The notes beneath the pieces were generated by a model that saw only the letters and a program-made list of their open reading frames with translations, was not told where the DNA came from and did not search any database. Positions 63,289-64,000 of a stretch of DNA of 64,000 bases are shown piece by piece. Source of the stretch: a virus (lineage: Duplodnaviria > Heunggongvirae > Uroviricota > Caudoviricetes). A program made the translations under genes and the position numbers. The stretch lies in IMG/VR virus record IMGVR_UViG_3300047472_000248, positions 52,315 through 116,314 of that record. One strand, 5' to 3'. Position 1 is the stretch's first letter, and each line of letters starts with the position of its first letter.

Positions 63289-63302
63289 AGTCACCCCTGA
63301 CT
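63289..63302. promoter_or_regulatory. AGTCACCCCTGACT palindrome
   Basis: CTAAGTCACCCCTGACTTAC before 63321 gene. Confidence 0.45.
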
Positions 63303-63320
63303 TACTACACCGAGACCACC

Positions 63321-63512
63321 ATGACGACACTACAGCAAGCCCCACGCACGAAGCCCCGTCTGCGCAAGCCCGATGCACGCATGTGGGCACGCATCGACGG
63401 TGACGAAGACGATGCACAGCAGCAGATCGAGCGCGCACGCATGGGGTATGACGACGAGCGCGACCCATGCGATACCCTCGACTTCATGCTTTCGCTAGGG
63501 CTTCCCCTGTGA
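63321..63512 (+). CDS. hypothetical acidic protein
   Basis: 63 aa. Confidence 0.35.
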   Translation: MTTLQQAPRTKPRLRKPDARMWARIDGDEDDAQQQIERARMGYDDERDPCDTLDFMLSLGLPL

Positions 63513-63730
63513 AGCGCGCTCTGATCTATCGCTTCGAGTGCGAGACGCACGGGGACACTGTCACCATGCACAACACCGTGCAGCGCGACGGGTGCGACGG
63601 TGCCCCGTTCATCGTCACGCATGCGTCGCTTGAGGGTGAGGTCTCTTACCGTGCGACGCTCGATGACTACGATGCAGCAAAGGGCGCGTTCATCTCGCGC
63701 GTCATGCACGAGATGTCAAGCGCGGGGTAA
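63467..63730 (+). CDS. hypothetical protein (start probably GTG ~63509)
   Basis: CETHGD...CDG Cys/His pattern. Confidence 0.35.
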   Translation: MRYPRLHAFARASPVKRALIYRFECETHGDTVTMHNTVQRDGCDGAPFIVTHASLEGEVSYRATLDDYDAAKGAFISRVMHEMSSAG

Positions 63731-64000
63731 CCCTCTAGACCTTGACCCCCTCACGGGGGTTTCAAGCTCGTGAATCCATTGCCGCCTAATTTTTCGCCAC
63801 AGGACCCACCCCGCCTTATACCTAGCCGTCCTGCCGACACGCCACAGGTCCGCCCAGCCCCGCGAGAGCACCCGGAGCGCAAGGCAACGGGCCCACGTGC
63901 ACCGCTGGAATCCTGGCGGCCGCGCACCAGACCCTCTGCCTTATACAGACCCCTAGTTTCGTGCCTCGCCTACCGGCGCGGGGGGGGGGGGGGGGGCCCC

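Noticed and set aside
1-64000. CRISPR arrays, rRNA genes, integrase or transposase
   Set aside because: No regularly spaced 25-40 bp direct repeats with unique spacers, no rRNA-like conserved stretches, no tyrosine or serine recombinase or DDE motifs among the translated ORFs.

Overview
This window is high-GC (about 64%) dsDNA from a phage-like mobile element. It is packed with short, overlapping genes, almost all on the + strand, arranged in operons. The gene content points to a phage-plasmid or a very large lytic/temperate phage of a proteobacterial host. No virion structural genes fall in the window.

Recognisable modules, in order along the window:
- Replication, 0.2-6.3 kb and 16.5-32.4 kb: primase, ATP-dependent DNA ligase, guanylate-kinase-like kinase, DnaE-type Pol III alpha with a UDG-like C-terminal domain, gp32-like SSB, 5'-3' exonuclease, RecA/UvsX-like recombinase, SleB-like hydrolase, SbcD/SbcC-like nuclease pair, RuvC-like resolvase.
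- Plasmid-type replicon and partition module on the minus strand, 7.0-11.0 kb: TrfA-like Rep, five iterons plus a DnaA box, ParA/ParG-like pair, a centromere-like repeat array and an HTH (XRE) regulator divergent from an early operon.
- CobT-like VWA protein, CobS/MoxR-like AAA+ ATPase and a sigma-70-family-like protein, 11.5-15.7 kb.
- Class II B12-dependent RNR (NrdJ), SPFH lipoprotein, ThyX-like protein and kinases, 32.5-39 kb.
- Forty or more small early-type ORFs at 39-60 kb, including a DnaQ-like exonuclease, MazG-like protein, AlkB, RtcB and a metallophosphoesterase.
- A compositionally distinct accessory island at 60.0-63.7 kb.

The most striking non-coding signal is a perfect palindrome, AGTCAG-N2-CTGACT, present in about 20 copies, usually fused to a TATAAT -10-like hexamer (GTAAGTCAGNNCTGACTATAAT). 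A second family, ~ACAGTTCAMC(N2-3)TCGCAAC, has 8 copies at 40-62 kb, each 15-45 nt upstream of a start codon. A conserved 45-nt leader is shared by two genes. Three promoter-like sites are followed within ~15 nt by terminator-like hairpins. All coordinates derived by hand are approximate (+/- a few nt). No tRNA, rRNA or CRISPR was detected by eye.
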